Below, in pieces: positions 27,267 to 34,864 of a DNA stretch of 38,174 nt. A program made the translations under genes and the position numbers. A model generated the notes under the pieces. That model did no database searches. It had not been told where the DNA came from and was given only the letters and a program-made list of their open reading frames with translations. Each line of letters starts with the position of its first letter. Position 1 is the stretch's first letter. This stretch comes from a virus (lineage: Duplodnaviria > Caudoviricetes): IMG/VR virus record IMGVR_UViG_3300031716_000027, positions 1 to 38,174 of that record. One strand, written 5' to 3'.

Positions 27267-27477
27267 ATATTGCACACTTTAACCTATCAAATTTACTAGA
27301 TAAATCAGCCATTATCGTGTCGCCATATGCTTCTCTGCACTCCTGCAAGGTCAATCCTTTGGAGTTCTCGATGGCTGCTTTTGAATAATTATTACATTTC
27401 TTGCAAGTAAGGATTATAGCATAATAAAGTATGTCATATCGTTTGCCCATGCTTTCTTCTAGCTCTAAATCATGCAT
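27244..27477 (-). CDS. Small Zn-binding protein (H..CxxC..C), paralogue 3
   Basis: GAGGA RBS; IILTCKKC; 3' end overlaps the tRNA 5' end. Confidence 0.6.
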   Translation of the reverse strand: MHDLELEESMGKRYDILYYAIILTCKKCNNYSKAAIENSKGLTLQECREAYGDTIMADLSSKFDRLKCAISEHSAAG

Positions 27478-27670
27478 TGTCTATATCCTCGCATGGTTGT
27501 TTCTTAAATCTGTCAATAATGTCTCTTTCTACTGTATAATTCATTATATTGCTTAATGAATGACTTTCACTTTTCCCACATTTATTACAAGAAAGGTTAA
27601 GAACATAGATTCCTATTCCGGTATTTTTATCTAAATTATAAAATTCTTCATTAATAATAGTATTATGCAT
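27470..27670 (-). CDS. Small Zn-binding protein (H..CxxC..C), paralogue 2
   Basis: LNLSCNKC and a C-terminal Cys. Confidence 0.6.
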   Translation of the reverse strand: MHNTIINEEFYNLDKNTGIGIYVLNLSCNKCGKSESHSLSNIMNYTVERDIIDRFKKQPCEDIDNA

Positions 27671-27693
27671 TATATATCATCTTTATAAGTTAT

Positions 27694-27966
27694 TCATAAT
27701 AAACGAAACTGATGCTGATAAATTTTACATTCAATATTAGAAATTTCTTTAATTAGTTCTTCACGATATTTATCAAACAAATCCCACCTTTCATCCTTTG
27801 TCGCATCTAAAGGAACAGTGAAGCTGCGTCTAATCTGATGCATACACCTCGTGCAAGCAACAGTATAATCATAGAGCAAACCTTCATCGTAATACAAGGA
27901 ATTGCCAGATAAGCATCTGGCGCCATGAGATAAATCGTGAACACGGCGGATTGTGTTTTCTGTCAT
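27694..27966 (-). CDS. Small Zn-binding protein (H..CxxC..C), paralogue 1
   Basis: HDL...YTVACTRC...IEC; first gene after the leftward promoter. Confidence 0.6.
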   Translation of the reverse strand: MTENTIRRVHDLSHGARCLSGNSLYYDEGLLYDYTVACTRCMHQIRRSFTVPLDATKDERWDLFDKYREELIKEISNIECKIYQHQFRLL

Positions 27967-27996
27967 TTTATGAACTCTTCTCCGCTATTGCAATTA

Positions 27997-28047
27997 ATAG
28001 ATTATAATCTATGTTAAATTAACATTCAAGCTAAATTTTGCTATAAT
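27997..28047. promoter_or_regulatory. Overlapping divergent sigma70 promoters with palindromes
   Basis: Minus: TTGAAT (28029-28024)-17-TATAAT (28006-28001). Plus: TTAACA (28019-28024)-17-TATAAT (28042-28047) with TG extension. Perfect palindrome ATAGATTATAATCTAT at 27997-28012. Confidence 0.7.
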
Positions 28048-28072
28048 AGATAACTAGCCGCTGGAGATAATC

Positions 28073-28348
28073 ATGATAACAGCAGAACAAGCTTATATGA
28101 AAACAAAAGAGCAGATAAAAAAAATAAAAGTAAGCGATAATGTGGCCGAATTAATTAATGACGCAATTGATAACGGCTCATTTTGCGCGGGAACGACAAG
28201 CGATAAGATTGCCGATGATGATATAAGGATTTTACGGGCTAAAGGGTATATAGTTAATATATATTTAGACCCGAGCCGATACGAGCGGCCAAACAACATA
28301 AGTATACGTTGGGGAATAGCTAAAGATGATAACAATCAACCAATTTAA
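28073..28348 (+). CDS. Hypothetical protein
   Basis: GGAG RBS; MITAEQA...I..A...G...LR.KGY.V...ISIRW pattern common in phage unknowns. Confidence 0.7.
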   Translation: MITAEQAYMKTKEQIKKIKVSDNVAELINDAIDNGSFCAGTTSDKIADDDIRILRAKGYIVNIYLDPSRYERPNNISIRWGIAKDDNNQPI

Positions 28349-28979
28349 AGAACTGTTTCCTCACTCCCATTTTAAAAATGCTGAATTAAACGAGCATTTT
28401 AATGGCTTAACCGCCGGTATGTTTCAATATGAAATAATTGGAATGGACAGAGAATGTATGTTTTTAGCTCAATGCGCTCATGAGTCAATGGGATTTGCTA
28501 GAATAGAAGAGAATCTAAATTATAGTGAAGCTGGGCTATTACGGACTTTCCCTCGATATTTTAAATCTGAGGAAGAGGCTAAAAAATACGCCAACAACCC
28601 AGAACTAATTGCGAATAAGCTCTATGCCAATAGAATGGGCAATTGTAACGAAGCCTCAGGGGATGGATGGTTACATCGTGGAATGGGGGTGTTGCAGATT
28701 ACTGGCGCTGACAATCAGAATGAATTTATTCACAAAGAACCACGACTGATGGGAAAGACATTCGATAAAGATGCCAATATACTTTTAACTCCCTATTGGT
28801 CAGCTTATTCAGCCGCATGGTTTTGGCACAAAATAAACGGCAATGGATTGGCTGATAAAGATGATCTTATGGGCATTACAGCACGTATAAATGGAACGAC
28901 TGACCCTATTAGGAGCAACCTTAGGTGCCGCGAGGACTGGTTAAAGAAAATTAAAAAGGTGCTTTTTAGTGAAGATTAG
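28326..28979 (+). CDS. Endolysin, glycoside hydrolase family 19
   Basis: FLAQCAHES, EENLNYS, YANRMGN, GDGW.HRG.G..QITG..N, SAAWFW, IT.RING motifs. Confidence 0.92.
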   Translation: MITINQFKELFPHSHFKNAELNEHFNGLTAGMFQYEIIGMDRECMFLAQCAHESMGFARIEENLNYSEAGLLRTFPRYFKSEEEAKKYANNPELIANKLYANRMGNCNEASGDGWLHRGMGVLQITGADNQNEFIHKEPRLMGKTFDKDANILLTPYWSAYSAAWFWHKINGNGLADKDDLMGITARINGTTDPIRSNLRCREDWLKKIKKVLFSED

Positions 28980-29242
28980 AGAAAAAATTAAACAAAAAAA
29001 GCGCTTTTATAGCATTCGGAAAGTTTATAATGCCACAGAGCGCTCGTCACGGATGTGGATATCGCATGGTTTTATTCAAACGCTAAGAATTTCCAGAAAA
29101 ATAGGGGAGCGGGAAGGAGGGCTTTAAACTATATTTTTTATTTTTAAAGTGTCACAAGGGAAAAGATTTATTTGATATTTGCCTAAGTTAAGATTAGGCG
29201 CTAAAGCTTTACTTAACGCCTCCCTAAGTTAAACTTAGACAT

Positions 29243-29422
29243 TTAAGCTTTATATAGCAATAATTCTTCTAATTTCTTAAATACGTCGCTGGCGCTGTCG
29301 TCGATATAAATAATTTCCAACTGCTTCCCGTCAACGGTATCAATAAGGATTTTATTACCTTCTAAAAACACACGAGTAATATTTGAGCAGTTTATAAGGA
29401 CATTGTCATTTTTAATAAACAT
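29243..29422 (-). CDS. 59-aa hypothetical protein (not in ORF track), last gene of leftward operon 2
   Basis: GGAGAGG RBS; MFIKNDNVLINCSNITRVF... Confidence 0.6.
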   Translation of the reverse strand: MFIKNDNVLINCSNITRVFLEGNKILIDTVDGKQLEIIYIDDSASDVFKKLEELLLYKA

Positions 29423-29520
29423 ATTTTTTCCTCTCCGTTACTGGAATAGCACATCTTTGAATTAAAAGCGTTTAATTAATTGTAAGGTAAATTACAACTC
29501 ATTTCAATAACTCCAATTTT

Positions 29521-29841
29521 TTATAATTTTTCTAAAAAAGTCATTGCTTCATAACTATATTTAGGTTTGAAATTAACCATATAGACATCAATGCTAGAAT
29601 TTAAAACAATTTTATATCCCATGATTGTGCAATCAGCCCTTTCCTTATGTGCAGATGGTTGAAAGCTAAACGCTGATTCAACATAAAGTTCAAATCGCCC
29701 AAATTCTATAGCTGGAACAGAGATACTGTCTACGTATTGTTCCATGCTTTCTTCTCTTAATTTTATGTAAATTGCATTTATTTTATCAATAAAGCTTTGT
29801 CTATAGATAGGAATGCTTTTCATTTGGTTGTCGTCCTTCAT
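29521..29841 (-). CDS. Hypothetical protein
   Basis: ATGA overlap with the YopX gene. Confidence 0.6.
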   Translation of the reverse strand: MKDDNQMKSIPIYRQSFIDKINAIYIKLREESMEQYVDSISVPAIEFGRFELYVESAFSFQPSAHKERADCTIMGYKIVLNSSIDVYMVNFKPKYSYEAMTFLEKL

Positions 29842-30254
29842 CCCAATAACTCCGGATTTTCGTGGGCGTTTCCAATAATACTTAAATTGCTACTGTGATA
29901 AATCAAATCCTCTTCATGGTGGTACGCATATTCCATTGTTTTATTTTGTATGGATTCAAAATTTAATTTAAAATTTAATCGAATTGGATTCCATATAGCT
30001 AATCCGTGTAGTTTAGATGTGAATAGTTCAACAATGTCATTTTCGTAAATTTCATCATTATTTGAATCAAACCGGCCAATCCACCTATCTGGCTGATTTC
30101 CTGATTCAAGCCAGTCAACAACCTTTATATCAGCCTCTCTGTAGCATATATCATCAGCCGACCTACACGCAATATCGATTAATTTAATTAAATCAAAGTA
30201 ATAAAATTTACCGTCTATGTATGCGCGAAATTTAATCATTTTTTTCATCTCCAT
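29838..30254 (-). CDS. YopX family protein
   Basis: IKFRAY, G..D.N..EIYENDIV and IIGN.HENPELL motifs. Confidence 0.88.
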   Translation of the reverse strand: MEMKKMIKFRAYIDGKFYYFDLIKLIDIACRSADDICYREADIKVVDWLESGNQPDRWIGRFDSNNDEIYENDIVELFTSKLHGLAIWNPIRLNFKLNFESIQNKTMEYAYHHEEDLIYHSSNLSIIGNAHENPELLG

Positions 30255-30519
30255 AAATAAACCAATCCCCGTTTAGCTCTTCGTCTGTAAGAAAAACAGA
30301 AATCATTTCAGGATTGTATTTAAGCGTAAGCTCTTTATCAGCATATTGTATCTTCCCGTCTATTACCTTATAGGTATGATGGGGGCATAAAGAAGTTATC
30401 GTCTTTCCTTTTGATAAAGCTTCCATAGCGCCAAAGAAATCAACTTTTTTGTCTAGCATCCCTGGCTCTCCGATTGTTTGTGCATATATCAACTTACCTG
30501 GTTCAACTTTAATAACCAT
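30232..30519 (-). CDS. DUF2829/Tad2-like domain protein
   Basis: DF..AM.AL..GK.I at the start and L.GDW.I at the end. Confidence 0.5.
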   Translation of the reverse strand: MVIKVEPGKLIYAQTIGEPGMLDKKVDFFGAMEALSKGKTITSLCPHHTYKVIDGKIQYADKELTLKYNPEMISVFLTDEELNGDWFIYGDEKND

Positions 30520-30537
30520 TTTTCTCTCCTTTATTTA

Positions 30538-30622
30538 AATTTAGCGCCAGTTCTATCGCCCAGCACTGGCAAGCTGGTAAAATCGCATCGCGCTTGACGA
30601 TTTAAGCGCTAGCGAAGCGATT
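30538..30622 (-). ncRNA. Candidate structured RNA element (hairpin + H-type pseudoknot), copy A
   Basis: CCAGC/GCTGG stem; loop TGCCAGT pairs with downstream ACTGGCG; preceded by a GCGCTT/AAGCGC hairpin. Confidence 0.45.
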
Positions 30623-30628
30623 CGGTTA

Positions 30629-30910
30629 TTAGTTATCATCCTCTTGCATCGCATTCCCAATCACCTGTGACGCTACCCCATAAGGATGATTAATCGCATC
30701 CTCGGGATAATAAGTACCTTTTATCTTTATATAGCAACCCCCTCCCCACCAAGAATAACGACTCTCAGTTTGCATGGCTTTTCCTTTTTGGTAACAGCTA
30801 TACTTTGATATTTCATATGAAATAATCCCTAAAGATAAAAAAACAATTGCCACCAAGCTGGCAACCGCAATAAATGCCAAGAAATTAGCTATTGCATCAT
30901 CCGTATCCAT
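30629..30910 (-). CDS. Single-TM membrane protein
   Basis: N-terminal hydrophobic helix followed by a small domain with two Cys. Confidence 0.7.
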   Translation of the reverse strand: MDTDDAIANFLAFIAVASLVAIVFLSLGIISYEISKYSCYQKGKAMQTESRYSWWGGGCYIKIKGTYYPEDAINHPYGVASQVIGNAMQEDDN

Positions 30911-31335
30911 TACTTCACCCCATTAGAAATATTTAATTCGTTAAATTTTTCCCGTGCTTCTTCATACCATAAAGACTGATGATATTTTTTATCGATTAAA
31001 TCCAAAATATCAAGCCATTGCAGAAAAAGTCGATTGTTATCAATATATTTTTTGAATTGACTCGCCATAGTTTCCTTTTTACAATAACTACCATCCATAT
31101 TATTTTTTTTATCGACATTATCATCGAATGTTAATCCATATTTATCGCCATTTGAACAAAAAAGGCTTGGGATGTGATAATGGAAGCCCAATTCTTTAAT
31201 ATCGGATACAACCCCATGTAGAGTATCACAGATATTTTTTTGCTTATTCCTAATAATAAAATAATCACTTTCATTGTCTTTATAATATGCTTCATACTCA
31301 GTATCAATATCATTAAAAAAATAAGCGCCCATCAC
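30910..31335 (-). CDS. Hypothetical protein
   Basis: GGGGTGGAG RBS, in operon. Confidence 0.65.
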   Translation of the reverse strand: MMGAYFFNDIDTEYEAYYKDNESDYFIIRNKQKNICDTLHGVVSDIKELGFHYHIPSLFCSNGDKYGLTFDDNVDKKNNMDGSYCKKETMASQFKKYIDNNRLFLQWLDILDLIDKKYHQSLWYEEAREKFNELNISNGVK

Positions 31336-31621
31336 TCCACCCCCTGAAATATTGACATTACTTTATCAAATTTATAATAACAGTTAATCACTTTAGTTTA
31401 TCTCCCAGTTGAAAGCAACATTTCCCATCCTGAACAGGTTCATATGCATTTAAAATAATAAACTCTGGTGAAATAGAGTTTATGTTAAAATGTCCATTAA
31501 AATAATCGCTCCCTGGCTCAGGATAAAGAAAAGGAATAGAAATAACAGCGTCAGATTCTGGATTAGCTTTTTCAAGCTGTTTTAAGATGTCTCTTACTTT
31601 CAATTACTCCACCCCCTGAAA
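31334..31621. repeat. 16-bp direct repeat ACTCCACCCCCTGAAA at 31334-31349 and 31606-31621
   Basis: Identical copies flank the 71-aa gene. Confidence 0.75.
31388..31603 (-). CDS. Hypothetical protein
   Basis: TTG start after GGAG; MKVRDILKQLEKANPESDAVI is a typical small phage protein N-terminus. Confidence 0.6.
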   Translation of the reverse strand: MKVRDILKQLEKANPESDAVISIPFLYPEPGSDYFNGHFNINSISPEFIILNAYEPVQDGKCCFQLGDKLK

Positions 31622-32569
31622 CGTTTTAAACATGTGAATTAAGTTTTCTTCACCGATGTCGGAGATTGCTTTTTTAGCATCTTCGTCAGAAGAGAAAAGT
31701 GAGCTTAATAATTGAAGCTTGTTTCTCACTATACACCAAGCCTCTAAAACAATCTTGTCATCCTTCAAAAGGATAACTGATTGCGATTCATTCTCAACCG
31801 GCTTTTTCGCCAACGGGTGCGATTTAAGGGAAAAAAATGTTTTTATCGCGTCTGCCCACGCTCTTGCCTTTTGCGCGTCTTGTACAGGGTGATAAAGGCA
31901 AACTTTTAATCGTATTTGGGAAAGGCCAAGTTGATTTTCTTGCGGTTCATTTTTTTCAGGATTTTCGACTTTTTCCCAATCAGATTCTAAATATTCGTTA
32001 AATCTTGAATTATCTTTGACCCACTCATTAGCCATATAATAATAAATGCCATCATTTTTAAGTTTATGAACTAACGGCTTTATATCAGGCGTTACCTGAA
32101 TACAATAATTGCCGTCTTCCATCCACTTTAACGCTTCCGCGAATGTCATTTTCTCTTTTGTTTCTTGCATTGTTTTTTCCTCATGTTGAGTGTCTTTCTT
32201 ATCTAGCCGCTTTCCGTTTATATCAACTTGGTACCATTTTCTAGGGTCATCCACACAAGGACGCTCTATGGGGTTGCTACCGAAGAGAAGATGGAGGTTC
32301 CATGTCCATATGTTACTATTATAAGTGTAATACCCACCCCGCGGGCCCCCTTCATAAGCCCAATAAGTTCCCTCAACAACCATTTCTGGGTTGATGACTT
32401 CGCGCCAGTCTGCACAATAATATATCGAACTAATTTCCATGGTTTTGCACCAGCCCTTTTCCGGGTGTTCTTTATCAAAGGAAAAGGTGACCCCTTCTTT
32501 TATCTTATAAGTAAGCCTCCCACCTCCCCATGTATAAAATTTACCTTCTTCAAGCTTCATTGGTTGCAT
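31604..32569 (-). CDS. Multi-domain hypothetical protein with DUF2829/Tad2-like module(s)
   Basis: MTFAEALKWMEDGNY...LESDWEKVE, plus two degenerate upstream modules. Confidence 0.6.
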   Translation of the reverse strand: MQPMKLEEGKFYTWGGGRLTYKIKEGVTFSFDKEHPEKGWCKTMEISSIYYCADWREVINPEMVVEGTYWAYEGGPRGGYYTYNSNIWTWNLHLLFGSNPIERPCVDDPRKWYQVDINGKRLDKKDTQHEEKTMQETKEKMTFAEALKWMEDGNYCIQVTPDIKPLVHKLKNDGIYYYMANEWVKDNSRFNEYLESDWEKVENPEKNEPQENQLGLSQIRLKVCLYHPVQDAQKARAWADAIKTFFSLKSHPLAKKPVENESQSVILLKDDKIVLEAWCIVRNKLQLLSSLFSSDEDAKKAISDIGEENLIHMFKTFQGVE

Positions 32570-33122
32570 CCTCTTTTAATTTTTTAAGAATTAAATTGAC
32601 TTGGTACTCTATTTCTTCGTCATAAACGCAAGTATGAAAAGCAGCGCGAACTGCAGAAGCAGCTGTTAAATAGACGCCCCATTTATTAGCATGAGCTATA
32701 AAAAAGGCTGCATGAGCGGCACTATCGCTAGCATAAACAACGCTCAACTCACTGCGAAGGTGGCTAGCCCAAGTGGAGGCATTATGAGCACCCACTGCAG
32801 CAATTTCCGCAGCTTCTTTATCCCCACTTCGAGCCGCTTCTATCGCCTTCCTTGGTCGATCGTCATCGGGATATTTAGCCTCAAAAATGGGTAGGACATG
32901 TTCAGCGAAATCGCATACTAATTCAGATTGCCGTTCTATAGTCAAAAAATTATGAAAAAGCACCCACTGCTTATCATACCAACTAATTTTATCTAACTGA
33001 CAAAACTCCTCTATACTGCCGCTCCAATCTGCGTAATACGTTAAGTAGTTTTCCCATCTGTCGTCGCATGGCTCCAGCGATGCTAGGAACTCTCTATTTA
33101 TAATGGTGTTAATATTGTTCAT
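32550..33122 (-). CDS. Imm5-like domain protein
   Basis: CDFAEHVLPIFE..YP.D.RPRKAIEAAR followed by Ala-rich helices. Confidence 0.75.
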   Translation of the reverse strand: MNNINTIINREFLASLEPCDDRWENYLTYYADWSGSIEEFCQLDKISWYDKQWVLFHNFLTIERQSELVCDFAEHVLPIFEAKYPDDDRPRKAIEAARSGDKEAAEIAAVGAHNASTWASHLRSELSVVYASDSAAHAAFFIAHANKWGVYLTAASAVRAAFHTCVYDEEIEYQVNLILKKLKEDATNEA

Positions 33123-33126
33123 GCCT

Positions 33127-33450
33127 TTATTCCTTTATGAAAGTTTCATAAAAGTCCTTATGCGTCTGATTCGAAGGCGGAAAATTTGTAAAATATATTT
33201 TTAATATACCAGCCTCTATTTTATTCAATTTAACTTTACTTTTTTGCCTAAGGATTGATTGAAAGCACATCGTTAAAGCCAACCATGCTTGGCTAGAACG
33301 CTTGTTACTTTCAATCATTTGATTTTTGTAATAGTCAATCAAAAATTCCTGAATATGATTAAGAAATTCCGGTTCGTTTTCCACTTGACGGTGCATTAGC
33401 TCTAATAAGGTGCGTTTATCTATATCCCAGTCTTTATTGTTCATTTTCAC
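33127..33450 (-). CDS. Hypothetical protein
   Basis: Abuts both neighbours in the operon. Confidence 0.6.
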   Translation of the reverse strand: MKMNNKDWDIDKRTLLELMHRQVENEPEFLNHIQEFLIDYYKNQMIESNKRSSQAWLALTMCFQSILRQKSKVKLNKIEAGILKIYFTNFPPSNQTHKDFYETFIKE

Positions 33451-33678
33451 TCACCTTCTCATGGCTTGGATACGTGTTATTTTCCCATCTTTCTTTGCTA
33501 GGCTTTTAATATTTTTTAATTCATTTTTCGCTTCTTCCAGTGTTATCCCTCCTAAGCGCACGCGCTTCATTAAATCCAGTCTAACGGCATGTGAGTCCGC
33601 CACATTACCTAAGCTTTCTTGGCGCCCTAACCCTTCTTTTTGAAGCTTATGTTTAATGAGTCTATCCAAACTTTCCAT
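33451..33678 (-). CDS. Basic hypothetical protein
   Basis: GAGGTG RBS, in operon. Confidence 0.65.
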   Translation of the reverse strand: MESLDRLIKHKLQKEGLGRQESLGNVADSHAVRLDLMKRVRLGGITLEEAKNELKNIKSLAKKDGKITRIQAMRR

Positions 33679-33679
33679 T

Positions 33680-34423
33680 TTAATTCACCTCATATTTTAA
33701 AGTTACAAACGCCGCCACATTAGACAGCTTGCCTTCTTCCCATACCTTGTCATCTGTGACACCATCGCAAGAATTGTTCTCGCCGTACTTTGCTTCGCCT
33801 AAACTGGTATATTGCAGACGCGCTCCTAGAGCTATTGAGTTTGTTACATGATAATCAACACCCAGCACTACATCCCAAGCAAATTGGCTTGCTTCGATGT
33901 CTGCGCTATTTGGCACGCTATCAGGATTGCCGCCATCATTCCAATACTCTTTGCCATTATTAAAGGCCACACCAAGACCGCCACCAATATAAGGAGTAAT
34001 GACACTACGTGGCAGTACATCCCAGTACATGTTAACCAAAAGCGCTTGCGATGTTAAAGAATACTTTCGATCAAGCGACACTGGATGTGTTGACTTATCT
34101 GGGTAAGTAACAATTTCAGATGTCATTGCTGACTTATCTATATCGCCAAAATCATAATAACCAATACCAAGCTTAATCGGGATGCGACTTTTATTAAACA
34201 GGTCGTAACCAATCTCATCATAAGCAGCAAAGCCTATATCATGTAAATTAACATTATTAGATAAATTGAAGTTAGGTGACCCCGGAGCTTCATTGTCAAT
34301 GACATTTGACATAGATGCGGCTCCGACACCAATTTGTTCATAAGTGCCAATAGCATCGTTTTTAATAGACGCGTGAGCCGATAGGGATACAGAAACCAAC
34401 ATAGATATGATTAACTTTTTCAT
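33680..34423 (-). CDS. Outer-membrane beta-barrel protein (Opa/LomR/OMP_b-brl-like), 247 aa
   Basis: Signal peptide MKKLIISMLVSVSLSAHA; LLVNMYWD, TPYIGGGLGVA, FAW....GVDY.VT....L...Y..LG motifs. True start is 34423, after an AAGGA RBS. Confidence 0.85.
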   Translation of the reverse strand: MKKLIISMLVSVSLSAHASIKNDAIGTYEQIGVGAASMSNVIDNEAPGSPNFNLSNNVNLHDIGFAAYDEIGYDLFNKSRIPIKLGIGYYDFGDIDKSAMTSEIVTYPDKSTHPVSLDRKYSLTSQALLVNMYWDVLPRSVITPYIGGGLGVAFNNGKEYWNDGGNPDSVPNSADIEASQFAWDVVLGVDYHVTNSIALGARLQYTSLGEAKYGENNSCDGVTDDKVWEEGKLSNVAAFVTLKYEVN

Positions 34424-34448
34424 TCCTTTATTCCTTTTTAAAAAAAAT

Positions 34449-34859
34449 TTAGCCGTTGCCATCAACATCGTCACAGCCAGAGCCAGAGCCATCATCCCAG
34501 CCCTCACCATCACCCAAGCCAGAGCCATCGCCAGAGCCATCATCCCAGCCCTCACCATCACCCGAGCCATAGCCATGGCCATAGCCAGAGCCATAGCCAG
34601 AGCCATAGCGATAGCCATAATCCCAGCCCTGACCATCACCCGAGCCATGGCCAGAGCCCGAGCCATAGCCATGGCCAGAGCCCGAGCCATAGCCAGAGCC
34701 ATAGCGATAGCCATAATCCCAGCCCTGACCATCACCCGAGCCATGGCCAGAGCCCGAGCCAGAGCCATGGCCAGAGCCCGAGCCCGAGCCATAGCCATCA
34801 CCATAGGCCCGGCTACGCACGGAGCCATATAATTTATTTAAATTTTTTTGATAAATCAT
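34449..34859 (-). CDS. Gly-X repeat protein (GSGYGDG-type)
   Basis: Starts 5 bp after the DUF6948-like gene stop; about 115 aa of G-X dipeptides. Confidence 0.7.
   Translation of the reverse strand: MIYQKNLNKLYGSVRSRAYGDGYGSGSGSGHGSGSGSGHGSGDGQGWDYGYRYGSGYGSGSGHGYGSGSGHGSGDGQGWDYGYRYGSGYGSGYGHGYGSGDGEGWDDGSGDGSGLGDGEGWDDGSGSGCDDVDGNG
34475..34806. repeat. Hexamer-periodic low-complexity repeat with a 78-bp exact duplication (34588-34665 and 34684-34761)
   Basis: AGAGCC/ATAGCC/CGAGCC units; 96-bp higher-order period. Confidence 0.85.
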
Positions 34860-34864
34860 ATGAA

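Noticed and set aside
27739-27748. Additional AGAAATTTCT operator copy
   Set aside because: It lies inside a CDS, lacks the flanking shared bases and is plausible by chance in AT-rich DNA.
28969-29127. 52-aa basic ORF after the endolysin as a spanin
   Set aside because: No TM segment, no lipobox and no clear RBS; coding status is unsupported.
30538-30622. Second tRNA gene
   Set aside because: No TTC T-loop, acceptor stem or CCA; it fits hairpin + pseudoknot better.
34475-34806. Diversity-generating retroelement TR/VR pair or CRISPR array
   Set aside because: No reverse transcriptase in the genome, the copies are exact rather than A-mutated, and there are no spacers.
34424-34828. 382-aa ORF fusing an Ala/Met/Arg repeat to the OMP
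   Set aside because: This is an alternative frame of the hexamer repeat. The OMP has its own RBS and signal peptide at 34423.
34407-34832. Plus-strand ARAIA repeat ORF
   Set aside because: Antisense shadow of the Gly-repeat gene; the periodic sequence simply lacks stops.
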